In this document: one piece after another, positions 21,801-27,800 of the stretch
Layout of the letters: every line of letters begins with the position of its first letter
Position numbering within the stretch: position 1 is the first letter of the stretch
Assembly: GCA_016196885.1 (NCBI GenBank)
Contig: JACPWU010000003.1
Location: 73,052-105,051, forward strand
Direction of reading: 5' to 3'
DNA from: Chlamydiota bacterium
GTDB taxonomy: Bacteria; Auribacterota; JACPWU01
Length of the DNA: 32,000 nucleotides
Notes under the pieces: model-generated
What the model saw: the letters and a program-made list of their open reading frames with translations, nothing else
Databases searched by the model: none
What the model was told of the DNA's origin: nothing
Translations under genes and position numbers: made by a program

Positions 21801-24800
21801 ACCATTCCTTCGTTTCAAGGAGAATCCTGGACTGTTGAGAAAATTCGAACTGAATCTTGGACGGGGGCCATTCCTCAAGAAGTGGTTGAGGCTTCCAAAA
21901 ATGCAAATACGGTTCAAGAGCTCAAGGCTTGGTTTGAAGCAAATCCCCAATTTAAAAAATGGGCAAAGGTGGTTATTCAGCCCGATGAATTGACAGGGCC
22001 CGGAGACGGCTTAAACAAGGTTGCCTATGCCCTCAATGGAGTTAAGGGAAGCGATGGAAAAGCACATCCTCCAAGGCATTGGATGGTTGATTTTGAAGAT
22101 GCCTTGAAATTGAGAGATGTAATTAAAGGGGTTTATTTTACAACACAGGCCTTAAACGAACACCCTGACTTTTTGGAGGAGGAAACTAAAAAGGGTTACG
22201 GGCATCATCCGAAAAATTATCCCTTGGTGATTGCCCGTCCGTCAGGGGTCCATTTAGATGCGGCGGAACTCATGGTGGATGGAGAAAGTGCCTCTGCCAC
22301 TGTTGTGGCTGTCGTGAGTTATTTGGTGAATAATTATCAGGCATTAACCGAGTTAGGACAAGATCCCTTTTTATATTTACCCAAGATCAACAGTGTGAAA
22401 GACGCTTATTTATGGGACAAAATCCTGTCTTTGGCTGAGGATGAAATGAATCTTCCTCGCGGGACCGTTAAGACTCAGATGTTGGTTGAGCGTGTTTATG
22501 CCATGGCGGAGCTTGAAGAAATTATGTGGGTGCTTCGTCATCGAATGATCGCCATTAACGTCGGTCGTTATGATTATGCCAATAGCTGGGAACAGGCGAT
22601 GCAGGGCCAGTCAGATGTCATTTCTCCAGACTGGAAGCAAATGACCATGGACAAGGCCTTTTTGCGTAACTATGTCGAGCGAGTGGGCAAACTTGCTGCC
22701 AAGCACAGCATTCTTTTCATTGGAGGAATGGCGCAGCAAATTCCTGAAAAAAATGAAGCAGCTAATCAGCGTGCCATGGCCAAGGTCAAGGCGGATAAAT
22801 TGACTTATGAATATCCTTATGGAGTGAGCGGTGCCTGGATGGCACATCCCGGAATGGTTGAAACCTTACAAGCCGCATCTCAAGAAGGAATGCATGGAAA
22901 ACCCAATCAATTGGGTCTTGAGCGGGGTCCTGTGACCTATACACCCGAAGATTTGGCGGGGCTTTTAGAGCCTCATCCAGGGGTTTTGACAGAAGAAGGT
23001 ATTCGGGCCCAAATCAATATGAAGCTTCAATATGTGGCTTCCTATCTTTCAACCGGGGCGGCGGTTGCCGTGTATGATGCGGGTCAAGAGCTTAAATTGA
23101 TGCAGGATAGAGCCACCGATGAGACTGCTTATAATAAACTTTGGGCGGCCATGCATAAGCTTAAGGCGACTTTGCAAGACGGTCGTCATCTTAATCCTGA
23201 ACTTTTTGATCAACTGCTAGCGGATGAATTACGTAAGGTGAAGGCTGGAGAAAACAGTGCTGTTTCTTCGACCTATTACGATGTTGTAGCAGAGGTTTTA
23301 TCGAGGGTGGTGAAGTTTGACACGGTTATTCCCTGGTTTACAGATATTTTGCATTTGGTTGACCAGCTCAAGGATGAAAAGGGAGTGATCGATTCCGAAG
23401 TGGCTCGTCGGGCGATTGATACTTATTTAAATGTCTATAAATCCACAGGTCGAAGACTCACCCGTCCGGATCTAGGCGTTTTCTTTAGAACATGGAAGGG
23501 GGAGAGTCGTAGTGATGTGGTTGCGAGAGTTCAATCGGGAACCTGGAAGCCGGAAATTTTGGAAATTTATGATTATGTCCATGGGGTTCCTGTAAGCTCT
23601 CACATTCGCTCTATTCTCGAACAAATGAATCGTTCTCTCGCAGATGAATCTACAAATCTCAGCGATGCTGAGCGGCGTTTTGTTGAGCTTAGGGCGTGGG
23701 TTCGGGACGGAGTGGTTTTAGAGAATGGCCGTAAATTGGACGAGGATTTATTGTTGGATCTTTTTGACGAAGAAATATCGAAGATTAGAAAACAAAATCC
23801 TGAAGCTTACGCGAAAACAAGATATCCTGCTATTGCTCTTATCTTAGAGCAGGCGTTGACAGCGGAATATCAGATTCCTTCCCTGGGTAAGGTTTTAGAA
23901 GTTATCAGGGACTATAAAGATTTCGAGCAGGCGAGACCTCGTATTAGACAAGTTTTTCTCCATTATTCACTTCAGCATCAGATCGAGCAAGAAGAGATTA
24001 GACGCAATGATTCTCGCTTTAAAGGAATCAATCGTCTTGATTCAGCTCAAGATGTTGTGGGAGAAAGGGGAACCGTCCGGAATCTATATCATAGAGTCAA
24101 TACGCTTTCCGGAAGGCTTTTTGATCTTCTTAAGACGGCTTTGGAACGTGGTGAATCAGTTTCGACCTATGAAACCTCAACGGTTCCTCAGCTGATTGAG
24201 CAAGGGGTAGAACTCCCTGTGGCCTATGTGGGAGATACCCAGAGATCACAAGATCCCATTGTGAGACGCGTGAGTCGCTTTGCAAAGGCGCAAGAACTCC
24301 ATGATCGAAAAGATTTGGTCGCTTCCTATGAGAAAACAGGGGTTGCTAACATGAGTGGAAATCGTTTTCGCCCGATTATTGCGAGTGCAGATTTAGAGCA
24401 GCCTGATAAATCCAGTCATATCAATGTCCGAAAAAGAGTTCGTGAGCTGGTTCAGGCGGGTGCATCGGGTGTCAAATTAAGCAATCATTCTTACGATCAC
24501 AGTGAGTATGTCGAGGGGCATGTGCTGCTTTCCACAGAGGATTTTGTGGGGCGATTGAATACGGCTCGAAATACGGCGGATATTTTAGGGGTTTCGACTG
24601 TTCTGATGGCTTCCATTGACACAGAAGACGCCACGCTGATTGAAAGCATGGATGACAAGACCGATCAGCCCTTTATCTTAGGCGTCACTGGCAGGGGTGT
24701 AACATCATTAAAGGCATTTATTATAGAAAAGAAGCGCGAGGCAATGGGAACGGGAAGTTCTCTGTCTCGTCAGGATTGGATTAATTTAACCAGCGAGTGG

Positions 24801-27800
24801 AAAGCTCAGGCCGGTTTGATGACGTATTATGAAGCTGTGGAACGAGCTATTCTCATCGCCCGTCGCTATGAAAATAATGAGGATGGACGAGGAAATGCTT
24901 TGGCAGCGTGGCGTGAAATGCGTCATGCGCCACTTGCCGCTGCAAAAGCGAAGGCCAAAGAACTGGGATTTGGGGATGTGAGATGGAATGCTGAAAATGC
25001 AAGAACGCCTGAAAATTATTATCAAGTGAAGGGCGGGGTTGATATGGCCATTGCCATTGCGAAGAAGTCTAGTGATTTTTCGGATATTCTTCTAAGAAAT
25101 GGAGGCAAAAAAGATCTCGCAGAGACTGTGTCTGAGGCCAAGCAGTTTGCTGATGAGGTGAATACGGAGGGTTCAGAGCGCAAAATTCTCGCTTTTAGTT
25201 GGCCCTTGTCCACTGAGGTTGCGGGTCTTACACCAGAAGAGCTGACCCGTATTCCTGAGCAATTGGGCCAGTTTGGTTATGCGCTTCAATTAGTCCCCGA
25301 GGCAGGACCAGTAGGAGAGGCGCTTGCGATTAAAGCTTTTTCTCACCAATATGCCAAACCTGAGCGGCAAATGGAGGCTTATACATCGGATGTGCAACAT
25401 GAAGAGCTTAAGGCGGGCGCTCCCATGGTTGAACATCAGGGCTGGTCTGGGGCGGATCTCGTTGATTATGTTATGAAAGCCATCACAGGAGGAACCACTT
25501 CGACCGGGATTGTTCAGCAGGGATCAACCATTGATCAATTTAGTAAAAAAGCTTCCCCTGAAACTTTAACCGAAGCCACCGGTGCGCTCAGCGACGTTTT
25601 AGCTCATGCCTCGACCCCAACAGAAACTCAAGATCCAGAATTTCAAGAACGCGTGCGTAAGATTGAAGAGAAATTTGCACGTGATAAAGAAAAGAATGGG
25701 ATTGAGAGACCTTATTCGGCCGAGACCGTCGCGGTTTTGCAAGGGACGCTGCCCGATGATTATTCGCGGTCTCAACAGGTTGCAACAAAACTTCGCAGAA
25801 TGTTCAAGCGTCATCAGGAAGAAGGGACCCTTTCCAGTACCTTTGGCGCTCTGGATGGAAATCAAATTGAAACAATGGTGATGTTTCTTACATCGATTTA
25901 TGTCAGCGGCTGGCAGGCTTCTTCTACCGCTGGAAGCAATTTAGAAGGCGGACCTGATATTGCGGATTATCCCTATGATACGCTCCCCAATAAGGTGAGA
26001 GAGCTCATGGATGCGCTGATCGAAGGAGATCAAAAACAGGTTGAGCGCTATTTAAGTGAAGTAAAAGGTGTTTTTGACGAGGGTCAGAAATTACGGATCC
26101 CTTTACCTTTAAAAGATTATCCCTTCTTGCCCTTTTTTGTAGATTTTTTTGCTCCCATCATTGCGGATGCGGACACGGGACATGGGGGACTTACCGCTGT
26201 GATGAAATTAACCAAAATGTTTGTTGAAGCGGGGGCTGCTGCCATTCATATTGAGGATCAAAAGGCGGGAACCAAAAAATGCGGGCATATGGGTGGCAAA
26301 GTCGGGGTGGCCCTCCAAGAGCATGAGGATCGCTTGGTTGCTGTTCAATTAATAGCGGATATGATGGGTGTGGACTTGGTGATTGTGGCAAGGACAGACA
26401 TGGAAGCCGCAAAACTTCTGGACACCAATATTCATCCCTCAGATCATGCCTTTATTACAGGAACGACCAATGAAGAATTAGAAAGCTTAAATGACGTTAT
26501 TAAAAGAGCTCAAGAAGAAGGCAAGACCCCCAAACAGCTGGAGGAGATTACAAAGGCTTGGCTCAAAGAAGCCAATTTGGTCACTTACGCTGATGCTGTA
26601 GAAGCGATCGTAAGCAAAAACGGCATAAGTCCAATTGATTCAGATGCCCTTGAGCTGTGGAGAGCGGTGAATCATCCTCTTGAAGAAGTGAGTGTAGAGG
26701 TTGCTGAAAAAATAGCTCAAAAGCTTGGGTTCGATCTTGTGAAATTTATCGAAACGAATCCTCAAAGGGATCCTTCTTATCTTAATGCCTTACAAAATGC
26801 AGTTCGCGATTTTCTCAAGACACAATCCGGAAAAGAAAACCTGCTCAGTTTTTGGAATGCCATCCATGACCGCACGAGAGGTTTAAGCTGGGATGCGGCA
26901 AAAGCTTTTGCCAATGTCTTAGGCTATGATCCAAAGTGGAGTGCAGAAAAGCCCAGAACACGAGAGGGTTTTTATCAATTGAATGCGAAGCGGGAAAAAT
27001 ATGGCATTCGATATGGCATCATGATGAGCATTGTTCGTCTCTGGCATTATGCCCCTAGAGCCCATGTGCTTTGGGTTGAGACGGGTAATCCAGATGTAAA
27101 AGATGCTGCTACTATTGCAAAATATGTCCATAAGAAATTCCCAAAAAAATGGCTTGCCTATAACTGTTCCCCGTCATTTGTTTGGAGTAATTTTATGACC
27201 CCCGACGAGATTGCTCAGTTTCAGAGAAAATTGGGTGAGCTTGGCTATGTTTGGGTTTTTATCACCCTTGCTGGAATCCATATCGATGCTTTTACGACCG
27301 ATCGTTTGGCAAAATTAACCCGTACAGGCGGTCCTCTGGCTTTGATCAAAGGGGTTTGGGATATGAAAGTCGAAGCTGAAGCCCCTCTTATTTTGTCAGC
27401 GCTACAACTGCTCTATGAGCAGCATTCTAAACGCTATCAGGAATTAGTGCAAAGGTTAAACGGAGGAAATGAGCCATTTTCAGAGGCTGCGACCATTTTC
27501 TTTAACCAAATAAGAATTATTGATGGGAAAGGGTCTATCCATCCCTATCTTCTCGACTTTCTGAAAGGGGCAGTAACAAGTGAAGGGCCACGCTTTCCAA
27601 AAGAAAGGACTGTTGCAGGAGAACAAACCGGTAAAGGTTCATCCCCCTTCCAGGGCGAAGTGAATCGCGAGCATAGGAGTAAAGCGACAGACCAAAATTA
27701 TTATGCTGAGACGTCTAGAAGGAATGGGGTTACTTCACGGACAGAAGTTGAACAAGCGATAAGGACGGATACAAATTCTGAGAAAGTTAATCTTTCTTTG

